NCBI GenBank assembly: GCA_045537895.1
Contig: JAZSQI010000042.1
Span: forward strand, 7,111 to 71,110
Direction of reading: 5' to 3'
Source of the DNA: Clostridia bacterium
GTDB lineage: Bacteria; Bacillota; Clostridia; TANB77; CAG-465
Length of the DNA stretch: 64,000 nucleotides
Shown here: one piece after another, positions 36,353-46,464 of the stretch
How the letters are laid out: every line of letters starts with the position of its first letter
Numbering within the stretch: the stretch's first letter is position 1
Made by a program: the position numbers and the translations under genes
The notes under the pieces: generated by a model
Databases searched by the model: none
The model's input: only the letters and a program-made list of their open reading frames with translations
Told to the model about the DNA's origin: nothing

Positions 36353-39300
36353 CTAGCATCCTGTTTTTGGTAGTTTTTTCACAGTTACTTCTTTCTCATA
36401 AACTTTTGTTGTATGCTCATCTTCATCCCAAACCATATATGTTTTGTTGTAGCCCTCTATTCTTGTTTTATTTGTAAATTTATCTTCATTTTTAACGTTG
36501 CTGTTTACTCTTACAAATATATATGGATCAATTACTGATTCAAAGCCTACATCTACTACTCCAAAATCTGCTTTAAAATATGTTACATACTCATCTTTAT
36601 CTAATTCTAGATTAGAGAAGTCTATATAATTATTCACCTGTGTATTTAAATTATCTTTTAGTAATCTATAATCATTTTTATTAGTTTTATAGTAAATACT
36701 ATAATTTAAATCTTGATTATATGTTCCAGTTATTAGTTTAGTTATTCTTACATAATCAATAGGTAATGAATCTATCCAAGTAAATTTACTTAATGGAACA
36801 TTTCCTGTATTTTTTATTTTAAAATCATATCTTATCTCTTGATTTGCTGTTGTTTGAATTATTCCTGTCTTTGTTATATCTACATCAGGTTTCTCTGATT
36901 CATTAGTTATATTTACTTCTATTACTTCGCCATGAGTTTTTATCTCGGCATCAAACACATCAGTATTAAGTAAGTACCACTCTCCTGAAGTTACTTCTTT
37001 TATTTTGTATTTACCTTTATCTAACAATCTAGTAATACAAGTTCCATCTTCCATTGTTACTATCTTATCTACTAAGGTATTATTAGCATCATATACTTCA
37101 AATTCAACATTTGGTATTGGACTTCCTGCCTCTTTATCATTTATAAAGTTATCATCTTCACTTGTCTTTATAACTTTAATTTGTCCCTTTATTCTTTCGT
37201 TCGTTATATCAAGTGTAGATACTATATCAGTCTCAACATTAACTTTAAATATTTGAGTATTTAATATATGCATTTCATCAGTCTTTGTTTCTCTTAATGT
37301 ATAACTACCAATAGGAATTCTAGAAGTCTTGGCATAACCATCTTTATCAGTTACAATAGTTTCAACAACTTTGCCATCAGAATTGATTACCTCAAATTCT
37401 ACCCCCTCTAGTTTATATTCGTTATCTTCTGCATCTACTTTATTTACTTCAATTTGTCCTTTCAGTTTCTCGTTCTTAATTGTTATCTCTGAAGTCTCAT
37501 CGTATTTTATTTCTACATCATATGTTTCAGTTGATGGTTTGTATATAGCATTAGTTTTTAATTCTTTTATACTAGCAATTCCAGTTCTTATATTCTCTAT
37601 ATAAGCTATTCCATTCTCATCAGATTTAGCATAATATTTATATCCATCTTGATCAGTAATTTCAAATTCAACATCAGATACTGGAAGTTTCTCATCATCT
37701 AAATCAACCTTATATATTTTTAAGTTACCCTTTTTGTGTTCGTTTTCAAATGTCATATTATTTATCTTGTCTTCTTCTACCACAATTGTCTTTACTTCAT
37801 CATTTAAAATATATTCTTCATTAGTTCCTAAACTTACTTCCTTTATCTTATAATTACCGATAGGGATACGAGAAGTTGCAGCTTCGCCATTATGGTCAGT
37901 TTTTATAGTTTCTATAACATGATTATTTTTATCAATTACTTGGAACTCGACTCCCTCTAATTTTACTTCGTTATAATCTTTATCTATTTTTATTACTTTA
38001 ATCTGCCCTTTTTTCTTCTCGTTTTCTACTTTAACATTTGTTATCTCATTCCATTTAACCTCAACATTTTGATCTACTGCCAAATTATATTCATTCTTTG
38101 TTAAAGTTTCTCTTAAAGTGTAATTTCCAATATTTATATTAGTTATTTTTGCTTTGCCATTTACATCAGTAACAATATGCTTTACAACATTATTGTTAGA
38201 ATCTATCAAATCAAATTCTACTGCTCCTAATGTAATATCGTTATCGTCTTTATCTACCTTTACTATTTCAATATTACCTTTCTTGTGTTCATTTGTTACT
38301 TCAACAGTTGATGTTTTATTAAATAAAGTCTCTACTTCTATAACATCAGTATTTAAAATATAGTTTGATAAAGTAGATTTTTCAGTTAATATTACTTTCC
38401 CCTGTCTTAATCCATTTATTGTTATAACACCATTGCTATCAGTAGTAAAATCACCTATATTTGTGCCATCTTCATATTTAGCATTAAAAACTATTCCTGC
38501 AAGTTTTTCACCTGTATCCTTATCACTTTTAATAAGTTTTATACTTGCTGTATTTGTTTTATAATTAAATCTTAATATTGTATTATCATCACCATATGGA
38601 TCAAAAGTTACAGCATAATCCTGCCAACCTGAAACAGTAGTCACACCATAAAAGACTGGATAGGTTTTACATTTGCCCTGTACCCCAATAGCTACATTAC
38701 TTATATCTTCTCTTAAGCTACTTTTAGGAATCATTAGCTTAAAATGTTCTGCTCCTGAAAATGTATTTGTTGCTATTCCATTCATATTTGCTATAAATGA
38801 ATCCTTTGGCATATTAGTAGTACTTGATATTTTATACTCACTTATATTTACTGCTGATGTAACACTAAATTCTTGGTAGTAATAGTTTCCATCTTCTATC
38901 AAAGTACCAATTTTTTGTGCTGACAAATTACTCTGTTGTGGTGTTTGTGTTCCATTTCTACCAATGTCTACTAATCTTACCATAGCATTCAGTATTTTAT
39001 TGCCTCTTGCATCTTTGCCTCTATACACAGCTGTAACATTACGATCAAACATTACCGAATATATAGCTTGTTTTGTAGCCATATATGCATCCTCGTCAGT
39101 TTCTACTCCCATCTGAGCAGGTGTTTGATATGGATAGCCATTAATAATTACCCTCCAAATTCTCACATCATCAAGTAATTCAGTTATATTAACATTATAG
39201 TTACCAACATCATCAACTCCAGGTGTTTGTGGATGTGATATACAATATGCAGGATATCTAACTCCATTTAAATTATAGTGTATTAAATTCCCTCTAATAT

Positions 39301-39463
39301 CACCCCATGTACCACTAAAATTATATTGTAAATGTCCTGCACAACTTGGTCCATTTTCTAAATATGCATTGCTTATTTCAACAGCAGTTACACTCGGTAC
39401 TAAATTAGAAAATAGGACTAAAAAAAGTAGCACTACTGCTACACACTTATTTCTTCTTTTCAT
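36353..39463 (-). CDS. Surface adhesin with a signal peptide, a thioester-type N-terminal domain, about 7 Cna-B/SpaA-type repeats and a terminal LPKTG motif
   Basis: Signal peptide: VAVVLLFLVLFSNLVPSVTA. Thioester hallmarks: PAYCISHP (Cys) and ATKQAIYSV (the TQxAIW-like Gln). Repeated units: KGxIxVxKVDxD...LxGVEFxV...DxxGxA...IPIGxYxxxE. The protein ends VKKLPKTGC and then stops. Confidence 0.85.
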   Translation of the reverse strand: MKRRNKCVAVVLLFLVLFSNLVPSVTAVEISNAYLENGPSCAGHLQYNFSGTWGDIRGNLIHYNLNGVRYPAYCISHPQTPGVDDVGNYNVNITELLDDVRIWRVIINGYPYQTPAQMGVETDEDAYMATKQAIYSVMFDRNVTAVYRGKDARGNKILNAMVRLVDIGRNGTQTPQQSNLSAQKIGTLIEDGNYYYQEFSVTSAVNISEYKISSTTNMPKDSFIANMNGIATNTFSGAEHFKLMIPKSSLREDISNVAIGVQGKCKTYPVFYGVTTVSGWQDYAVTFDPYGDDNTILRFNYKTNTASIKLIKSDKDTGEKLAGIVFNAKYEDGTNIGDFTTDSNGVITINGLRQGKVILTEKSTLSNYILNTDVIEVETLFNKTSTVEVTNEHKKGNIEIVKVDKDDNDITLGAVEFDLIDSNNNVVKHIVTDVNGKAKITNINIGNYTLRETLTKNEYNLAVDQNVEVKWNEITNVKVENEKKKGQIKVIKIDKDYNEVKLEGVEFQVIDKNNHVIETIKTDHNGEAATSRIPIGNYKIKEVSLGTNEEYILNDEVKTIVVEEDKINNMTFENEHKKGNLKIYKVDLDDEKLPVSDVEFEITDQDGYKYYAKSDENGIAYIENIRTGIASIKELKTNAIYKPSTETYDVEIKYDETSEITIKNEKLKGQIEVNKVDAEDNEYKLEGVEFEVINSDGKVVETIVTDKDGYAKTSRIPIGSYTLRETKTDEMHILNTQIFKVNVETDIVSTLDITNERIKGQIKVIKTSEDDNFINDKEAGSPIPNVEFEVYDANNTLVDKIVTMEDGTCITRLLDKGKYKIKEVTSGEWYLLNTDVFDAEIKTHGEVIEVNITNESEKPDVDITKTGIIQTTANQEIRYDFKIKNTGNVPLSKFTWIDSLPIDYVRITKLITGTYNQDLNYSIYYKTNKNDYRLLKDNLNTQVNNYIDFSNLELDKDEYVTYFKADFGVVDVGFESVIDPYIFVRVNSNVKNEDKFTNKTRIEGYNKTYMVWDEDEHTTKVYEKEVTVKKLPKTGC

Positions 39464-39509
39464 TTTTTACCTCCTTAAAAAGCAGAGCTTATAAAAGCTC
39501 TGCCTATCC

Positions 39510-40346
39510 TTATATTAAATAACATTCAGTATACATGAACTGACCATTATAATAATAGTCTCGTGCATATATCCTTATTGTTCCAAATTTATTTATTATT
39601 TTATTTTTAACTCGATACTCTGTAAAAGTAAATTGATTAGTATCTTGTATTATAGAACTATCTACAACTACTTCATATCCGAACTCTTTCATTGTATCAG
39701 ATTCATTATTTATAATTACATTTCTCATATTATTTATCATTGTATTATTTACTTTATATTCATGAGTCGGAACACTAGGTTTAACAACTTCTACACTTGG
39801 CTGTGGTTGTTCTTGTTTCGGCTCTGTTGTTGTAGTATTTTCTTGTGTTGGTTTCTTCTCTTCTTCCTTATTAGTTTCTACTGGTGTATTTGTGTTACTT
39901 GTATTATTTACATTGCTACTTTGAATAGTCGTTGTTTGAGTAGTAGAATTATTTTTTGTAGTACTTGTTGTTTTATTTGTTTCAGTTTTACTTACTGTCT
40001 TATTTGTTTTAGTATTAGTTATAGTTTTTGATGAAGTTTGAATATTTTCTTCTGACTTTTCTTCCTCTTTAACAACATTTTCTACTGGCTTTTCTAAATT
40101 AGAATCACTTTCTTCTAATTCTTCTACATCATCTTGAATCGTTTCTTGCTCTTCTTCATAGATATTTATCTCTTTATTATTGTTATTTTTCGCACTAAAA
40201 ATAACTATTGTAGCACCTATTATTAAAATAACTGCTAATATGATTATTAATACAATATTTTTCTTGCACATATACATCACTTCCTTTGTTTTCATTGTAA
40301 CTCTGTTTAAAATATATTGCAAGTTATTTCTCACTAGCTTGTACAC
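39510..40346 (-). CDS. Membrane-anchored protein with a T/N/K-rich linker, hypothetical
   Basis: TM helix IVLIIILAVILIIGATIVIF. The likely true start is the internal Met near 40271. Confidence 0.45.
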   Translation of the reverse strand: MYKLVRNNLQYILNRVTMKTKEVMYMCKKNIVLIIILAVILIIGATIVIFSAKNNNNKEINIYEEEQETIQDDVEELEESDSNLEKPVENVVKEEEKSEENIQTSSKTITNTKTNKTVSKTETNKTTSTTKNNSTTQTTTIQSSNVNNTSNTNTPVETNKEEEKKPTQENTTTTEPKQEQPQPSVEVVKPSVPTHEYKVNNTMINNMRNVIINNESDTMKEFGYEVVVDSSIIQDTNQFTFTEYRVKNKIINKFGTIRIYARDYYYNGQFMYTECYLI

Positions 40347-40875
40347 ACAATCTCTGATTTGGTCGTCCTGTTATACAAGTTATCATAGTTATTTTATTAT
40401 TTTCTGAACTTTCTAATAAACTCCAATCAGTTTCATATATTACTTGAATGTTATCTACAACATAAGTTCTCTCAAAAAATTTAGTTTTATAATTTACAAT
40501 ATCACCTATTTCAAGCTCATTTATTCTTGCAAAATAACTCTTTTCATAACCTCTATTATGTGCTGCTAAACCTATATTGCCATCATAAGTTGCTGTTTCT
40601 TCTATATGTCCTATATATTCTTGCAATATTTTATCTGATGTACCATCTTTCACAGTTGCATTAAGTCCTATTTCACCAATTGTTAAAATACCCAGTACTG
40701 AATCATCCCATACATCCTCTACATTATCATAAACAACATTCTCGTATTTTCTATCAGTTTGTATTTCTTCTACATTTATTAGTTCTCTATTTCTATAATT
40801 TACAATTGTCATTACTATTGCAATAATTGATAGAATAATAGCAATTACATATAATATTTTTCTCAAAATCTGCAC
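40324..40875 (-). CDS. Sortase-family transpeptidase
   Basis: N-terminal TM helix, GLAAHN (His), ITMITC (the TLxTC Cys) and RLCVQA (Arg). Confidence 0.8.
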   Translation of the reverse strand: MQILRKILYVIAIILSIIAIVMTIVNYRNRELINVEEIQTDRKYENVVYDNVEDVWDDSVLGILTIGEIGLNATVKDGTSDKILQEYIGHIEETATYDGNIGLAAHNRGYEKSYFARINELEIGDIVNYKTKFFERTYVVDNIQVIYETDWSLLESSENNKITMITCITGRPNQRLCVQASEK

Positions 40876-40878
40876 CTC

Positions 40879-41886
40879 CTACACAATAACATCAAATTCT
40901 CTATTTGTAACATGATAGATATGTTGTTTATCAAAGTATTTTATTTTTAATCTTTTGTTTCGTATTGCTCTATATAATGATTTTGACAATACAATCTTAT
41001 ATGATCTTGTTTTTGATTTTGTTGGTGTAAGATTTAATAGTAATTTACTTTTATCTATCTTTACTCTTTTTACTAACTTATATTCACCATCAATTAAGTT
41101 ATATACTTTTGCATTTTTAGTTTTATATATTAAAATACCACTTAAAAATACTATTCCAGTTATTCCTAGTATTGCAGGTACAATATATTTATACTCTTTA
41201 ACTTCTTTATATGTAATAGTAAATGTTGTTGTATCATGTACTTGTTTTTCTAACTTTCCAGTATATTTTATAGTTGCCAAGTAACTTGTAACTATTGTCT
41301 TTGTTTTTACTCCCTCATAATACATTGTTCCATTATATTTTACTGGTACTTCATTATTTGAAACCATCTCGGTTTCTGCTATATCCCATACTGGATTTAC
41401 TAGGTAATAAGTTGTCCCATTAGCTTTTATTTCTTTTGGAATATCATTTAACTCATTACTAGGCACATTATTATATGCCTTTTGCAAATACACTTTATAT
41501 TCTTCTTGATACGAATCTTTAATTGAAACTTTTAGAGAACTATTGTCTCTTGTAAGTGTTCCAACATATCCATTCTCTTCACAATCTTTTGTTTGATTAA
41601 ACATATCTATTACTGAATCTAGATTATTTGTGTTACTTGTCTTTTCTTCTACAATTTCTTTATCAATTGTTAATGTCTTTAAGTTATCTTCCCTTTCTAC
41701 TTTATCTAATTTATATCCTACCTTATCTTCAATTAGCATTTCATCTATTGTATTATAGAATTCATCTGCTACTTTATAATCTACGGTATGCTGTTTTTCT
41801 ATTACTTCTAATTTATCACTTGCATATATAATACCACCAAAAACTGCTAGTATTACCATCATAATTATTAATACTTTCTTACTCAA
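40879..41886 (-). CDS. Bitopic membrane protein, hypothetical
   Basis: N-terminal anchor, an extracytoplasmic domain, a second TM helix (IVPAILGITGIVFLSGILIY) and a basic cytoplasmic tail. Confidence 0.45.
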   Translation of the reverse strand: MSKKVLIIMMVILAVFGGIIYASDKLEVIEKQHTVDYKVADEFYNTIDEMLIEDKVGYKLDKVEREDNLKTLTIDKEIVEEKTSNTNNLDSVIDMFNQTKDCEENGYVGTLTRDNSSLKVSIKDSYQEEYKVYLQKAYNNVPSNELNDIPKEIKANGTTYYLVNPVWDIAETEMVSNNEVPVKYNGTMYYEGVKTKTIVTSYLATIKYTGKLEKQVHDTTTFTITYKEVKEYKYIVPAILGITGIVFLSGILIYKTKNAKVYNLIDGEYKLVKRVKIDKSKLLLNLTPTKSKTRSYKIVLSKSLYRAIRNKRLKIKYFDKQHIYHVTNREFDVIV

Positions 41887-42265
41887 ATTCTTCTTCCTCC
41901 TCTTCTTTTAGAGCTTCAGTTAAATTGTCTTTTAACTCTTTTATAAAATCAAATTCTTTCATCAATTCAGGTAACTTTGTATTTTTCCTAAACTCTATAT
42001 CAGGCGATTCTTCACCTAGTCTGCAAAACACATATCCATCTTTTAATTTCTTCAACCTTTTCTCTAATAATTGAACTTCTTCATATTCCTTATAATATTT
42101 AATATATCCGAAATGTGCAAATACACATTCTTTATCATTTTCTATATAATTATTTACTTCAAGATCATCTAATAAATAGTTATTAGGTATTGTTCTTAAA
42201 TCATTTTCTATTTTATTAAAATCTTTTTTTGTTACTGCTATCATTACATTACTATAATATCCCAT
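41879..42265 (-). CDS. Small acidic-tail protein, hypothetical
   Basis: 128 aa, ending in KEEEEEEFE. Confidence 0.45.
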   Translation of the reverse strand: MGYYSNVMIAVTKKDFNKIENDLRTIPNNYLLDDLEVNNYIENDKECVFAHFGYIKYYKEYEEVQLLEKRLKKLKDGYVFCRLGEESPDIEFRKNTKLPELMKEFDFIKELKDNLTEALKEEEEEEFE

Positions 42266-42280
42266 AAATTTACTCCTTTC

Positions 42281-42973
42281 TTATTTCAAGCCAAATACTT
42301 GAAATACTAATTCTCTAAGTTCAGGATTAACTAATACCGTCAATCCTACTGAAGTTAAACAAAATATAGTTATATAGCAAACTAGTTTTACTAATCTTGT
42401 TATAGCCTCTATTAGCAATGAAAAAAGATATACCCTATTACTTGGCATATCTACTGAATTCTCTTTTTCCTTTTTAGTTGTTTCCTTTTTATTTCCTTTA
42501 ATCTTTATCTTACTAATAAACTCTTTTACTTTACTTTCTTTTTGTTTAACTTCTTCCCTTTTCTTAAATTTCTTTGCATCGTTCTTTTGTATCCCATCAC
42601 CTAATGCTATATTTAACTTTTCTTTAATTTGCTCTTTATCTACTTCATTTATTATATTATAGAATTCCAAATCATACATATTGGTAAGAAGTATATCTTG
42701 ATCATCATAACCACTTGCTATAAATACTATTCTTGCCTTTGTATATAATTTAGAAAATTCATATATACATTCTATTATTTCCTCCTTAGAATTTTTCAGC
42801 ATACTTAAATCAATAACTAAATATTTTATTAAGTTAAAATTTATCTTTGTTTCTTTTACATATTGCTTTATATCAATTTCACTTTCCTGTGTATTTAAAA
42901 TCAATATGTTTTTTCTTTTGCATATTTCTTGTATAACTTCTGATGTATCTACATTTGCAATATAACTAAGCAT
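42281..42973 (-). CDS. Hypothetical protein with a C-terminal TM segment
   Basis: 230 aa with a flavodoxin/receiver-like N-terminal pattern and a C-terminal hydrophobic region. Confidence 0.4.
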   Translation of the reverse strand: MLSYIANVDTSEVIQEICKRKNILILNTQESEIDIKQYVKETKINFNLIKYLVIDLSMLKNSKEEIIECIYEFSKLYTKARIVFIASGYDDQDILLTNMYDLEFYNIINEVDKEQIKEKLNIALGDGIQKNDAKKFKKREEVKQKESKVKEFISKIKIKGNKKETTKKEKENSVDMPSNRVYLFSLLIEAITRLVKLVCYITIFCLTSVGLTVLVNPELRELVFQVFGLK

Positions 42974-42988
42974 TTTATTCCCTCCTCT

Positions 42989-43183
42989 CTAATCTAACCA
43001 TTTCTCATCAAATGGTACATTGTAAGTTATATTGTCTATCTCTAATTGCTGTATTTCTTGTTTGTCTTGTATTTCTTCTCTTTCTTTTCCTATCTTCCAA
43101 AATACATTGTTTAAAACAACTATAACAATAAGTAATACAAGGATTAGAGAATAAAAAACAATTTCTTTCTTACTTCCTTTCAC
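42989..43183 (-). CDS. Small membrane protein
   Basis: 64 aa with one TM helix. Confidence 0.4.
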   Translation of the reverse strand: MKGSKKEIVFYSLILVLLIVIVVLNNVFWKIGKEREEIQDKQEIQQLEIDNITYNVPFDEKWLD

Positions 43184-43185
43184 TA

Positions 43186-43572
43186 TTATTCAGCCTCCAT
43201 TTCCTCTTCTTCTTTTACTTTTATAAGTGAACTATATAGATGCTTACTACATCCCTCTGGATCATATTCAAATAATCTATCTAGATTTAAAAATGCTATA
43301 TCATATATTCCATAGTTATATGGTACTTTAAATAAAATTGAATCTATTATATTCTCTTCTATTAATTTCTCTTCAAATCCTGACATTTTACAATCACCAT
43401 CAATAGCTATAAGTGTATCTATATCTAAATCATATTTAGACAAATTAACACTAACATCACAATATGACTCATCTTTTGTATAGGCTTGTATTGCTAATCT
43501 ATTGTTTTCTTTATATCTTCCTACTTTTAGATATATTTCTTCGCCATTAAACTTTATTGTTCTTCTTTCCAT
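43186..43572 (-). CDS. Small acidic-tail protein (possibly DUF4313-like)
   Basis: IKFNGEEIYLKVGRYKENNRLAIQAY...DVSVNL, ending in EEEEMEAE. Confidence 0.4.
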   Translation of the reverse strand: MERRTIKFNGEEIYLKVGRYKENNRLAIQAYTKDESYCDVSVNLSKYDLDIDTLIAIDGDCKMSGFEEKLIEENIIDSILFKVPYNYGIYDIAFLNLDRLFEYDPEGCSKHLYSSLIKVKEEEEMEAE

Positions 43573-43576
43573 TTAC

Positions 43577-44122
43577 TCACTCCCATTCTTCCTCTATACA
43601 TTCTTGGTTTTCTTTTAACTTACTTATCTCATTTTTTAGTTTCTCATTTTCTAAAACTAATAATGTTTTATCAAGTATATCAATTTTGCTGTTACTCCAT
43701 ACCTCAGCATATTCTTTTATACTTGAATATCCTTTATCAGAAACAATTACATGATCAACTAGTTCAATATTAAAAACTTCTAATAATTTATCAATAGTAG
43801 CTGTAAAATCCTTATCATGTACACTTGGTTTTAAATCACCTGATGGATGATTATGTACTATTATTGCACCTGCACAAGCATTTAAAAGAGCTGTTCTTAA
43901 AATATATTTAACATCCATTTGAACTTTATTATCACTCCCTATACCTAGTATATTTACATTTGTTACATGTTTCTTATTATCTAATCCTACAAATAATAAA
44001 TGTTCTTGCACAGCATTTTTAATCTCTTGAACTTCCTTTAAATTATATATATCTTTTGGACTTGTAATCCTTTTCTCTTCTAGGCTTTGTCTTGGTAATT
44101 TTTGTTCTATTTTAAATTCCAC
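43577..44122 (-). CDS. radC: RadC-like JAB/MPN domain protein
   Basis: AIIVHNHPSGDLKPSVHDKDFT is the JAMM motif. The protein ends in IEEEWE. Confidence 0.8.
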   Translation of the reverse strand: MEFKIEQKLPRQSLEEKRITSPKDIYNLKEVQEIKNAVQEHLLFVGLDNKKHVTNVNILGIGSDNKVQMDVKYILRTALLNACAGAIIVHNHPSGDLKPSVHDKDFTATIDKLLEVFNIELVDHVIVSDKGYSSIKEYAEVWSNSKIDILDKTLLVLENEKLKNEISKLKENQECIEEEWE

Positions 44123-44135
44123 TAAAAACTCCTTT

Positions 44136-44730
44136 CTATATTGCAGTAAATAAATATGGTGCAGGATCTATTTTTGTTTTATCCTCTAATCTTATTTCAA
44201 AATGCAGATGGTCTCCTGTAGAGTTACCTGTTGTTCCCTGAACACCTATAACTTGTCCCTCTACTATATTTTGATTCTTCTCAACACAAATTGAATTGTC
44301 TCTCATATGTGCATAAAAGGTATAATATATTTCATTATTCTCATCTATATGCATTACTTCTACACAATTCCCATAGCCATTTTGCCATCCTGCATGTGTC
44401 ACAATCCCATCTTTAACATTTAAAATTCTACTTCCTGTTGTGCCTACTAAATCAATACCAGTATGAAAATCACCTTTTGCTCCGTGTTATTGGATTCATT
44501 CTATATCCAAATTTACTTGTAACTACATTTAGGTTTTCTACTGGTGTTAGGAACTTTCCTTTATATTCAATCTTTCCTATCTCTTGCCCATTATTCAAAT
44601 CAACACTCGGCACAACTATTGTTTTGGAATATCCTGCACACAATATAAGTACTGCTAATATAATACCTATTATTATTTTAAATTTAAGTGTTAATAATCT
44701 CATTTTCATCACCACCTGCAAAATGTTCAT
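44136..44730 (-). pseudogene. M23-family peptidoglycan peptidase (conjugation-associated hydrolase), frameshifted at about 44473-44486
   Basis: The upstream piece has a TM anchor and ...TSKFGYRMNPIT, then stops. Reading on in the +1 frame gives GAKGDFHTGIDLVGTTGSRILNVKDGIVTHAGWQNGYGNCVEV...GNSTGDHLHFE. Removing one nt (c at about 44484) restores a continuous M23 ORF. Confidence 0.7.
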
Positions 44731-46342
44731 CTATTAATTTTAGCTCCTTATATGGAACTTTAATTGTCATGAATATTTTTCTAGTTCCTGCACTAAGTAA
44801 TGTCTCACCTCGTTTTGCATTATATATTAGATTTTCTTCCTTTTTAGTTAGATTAAAAGTTTTTACAACATCTCTTAAATCTTGTCCATCCATTTTAAAG
44901 AACAACTTATATGTACTATTTGCAAGTAAGCTCTGACCATATAGTTTTATCTTTTCATTTAGGAAATCTTCTATCGACTGAGTTATTACTATAATACTCG
45001 AATTATATTTTCTTGCCCTTTTACTTATATTTCTTACATACTCAAGAGTCTGTGGTATGTTTGGATCTACTAGGATATGACACTCATCTGCTATAAGGAC
45101 ATTCTTCTCTTCTTTATTTTTACTTAATATTTCCCATGCATAACTCATTATGTTATAGTATTGTGCTCTTTTGTATTGTGCTTGGAACTCCTGCATATTT
45201 TTAGTATTAAATACTGCAAGTCTCGTATCTATTTGTATATCAGTATAACCATTCCATATTGTTGATGCTTGACCTATTGATATTGGTCTTAAAAGTGATA
45301 ATAACTTCTCATACTCTGCTTTATACTCTCTATCATTTTTTTCTTGTAAAAAGTAATACAAATCTTCCAGTAATGGAAAATCTGTATTACTTAATTTTGT
45401 TATATCAGTTTCTCTTGTTATATTGAATTTAGCATACAATTCTTCTAACACTAAATCCAACATTGAAAACTCAATATCAGTTAAACTTGGAAATAGTATC
45501 TCAAAGAATGTATGTAGAAATTGAAAATGCAGAGCAAATACATTTGACTCTTCCAAATCATCTTTATTTATTCTTACCTGCAAAGGATTAAGTGTTTGTG
45601 ATTTTTGACTTCCACCACAATTTATTATCTTGCCTTTTAAATTTTTAGCTAGATATGTGTACTCATCTTCTGCATCTATTATTAGTATCTTTGAATTTGG
45701 TATCTCGTTATATATTAAATGCTTTATTGCTAAACTCTTACCACTTCCTGAACTTCCTACTACTACCATATTGCTATTTGTTCTATCGTGATCTTTATGC
45801 CATATATTAAATATAATGATTCCTCCATTTTGATTTATTCCAAAGTAATATCCATTCTTATCTATAAATGTGTTAGTATTAAATAAAAAGCCTCCTGTAA
45901 ATGAACTTGTTAATATATTTCTTTTGAAATACTGACTTAAATCTTCTTGTATAGTGAAAAATGGTGCTACTGCTTTAAAGCCACTTTTTAGTAAGAAATT
46001 AGTTACAGGTCGTATCTTTAATCTTAATTTTTGAACTTCCCTTTCTATTTCTTTACTCCTATTAGTTAGTTCTGATTCTTCTTGTGCTGATACACAAATA
46101 TATATTGTTAGATACGAAACTACTTCATTATTATTTATCATTCTACTTATTATGCTTGATGCTTCCTTTACTTCTGCATCTCTTAATTGCTTTATAGATT
46201 CGTTCTTTGCTATTTTAGATAAGCTACTTGCATCTCTTATTCTTGCATCTAAACTTTCTATTAATTCAGTATTATCAGTTTGCTCTATATTAATTGAAAA
46301 TATTGCTCCTGTATTTTCTACTAATTTTGCTAACCATCCCAT
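44684..46342 (-). CDS. VirB4-family conjugation ATPase, C-terminal fragment (ATPase domain)
   Basis: Walker A is VVGSSGSGKSLAIKH and Walker B is LIADECHILVD. The frame stays open upstream to 46441 (HQFGGLKFYNNKLYLGDRFAKIYTIVHYPSNID) with no in-frame ATG, GTG or TTG. Confidence 0.85.
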   Translation of the reverse strand: MGWLAKLVENTGAIFSINIEQTDNTELIESLDARIRDASSLSKIAKNESIKQLRDAEVKEASSIISRMINNNEVVSYLTIYICVSAQEESELTNRSKEIEREVQKLRLKIRPVTNFLLKSGFKAVAPFFTIQEDLSQYFKRNILTSSFTGGFLFNTNTFIDKNGYYFGINQNGGIIIFNIWHKDHDRTNSNMVVVGSSGSGKSLAIKHLIYNEIPNSKILIIDAEDEYTYLAKNLKGKIINCGGSQKSQTLNPLQVRINKDDLEESNVFALHFQFLHTFFEILFPSLTDIEFSMLDLVLEELYAKFNITRETDITKLSNTDFPLLEDLYYFLQEKNDREYKAEYEKLLSLLRPISIGQASTIWNGYTDIQIDTRLAVFNTKNMQEFQAQYKRAQYYNIMSYAWEILSKNKEEKNVLIADECHILVDPNIPQTLEYVRNISKRARKYNSSIIVITQSIEDFLNEKIKLYGQSLLANSTYKLFFKMDGQDLRDVVKTFNLTKKEENLIYNAKRGETLLSAGTRKIFMTIKVPYKELKLIDEHFAGGDENEIINT

Positions 46343-46464
46343 ATCTATATTTGATGGATAATGAACTATTGTATATATCTTCGCAAATCTATCACCTAAA
46401 TATAACTTATTATTATAAAACTTTAATCCACCGAATTGGTGTTATTAAGTTTATTAAATTATAG

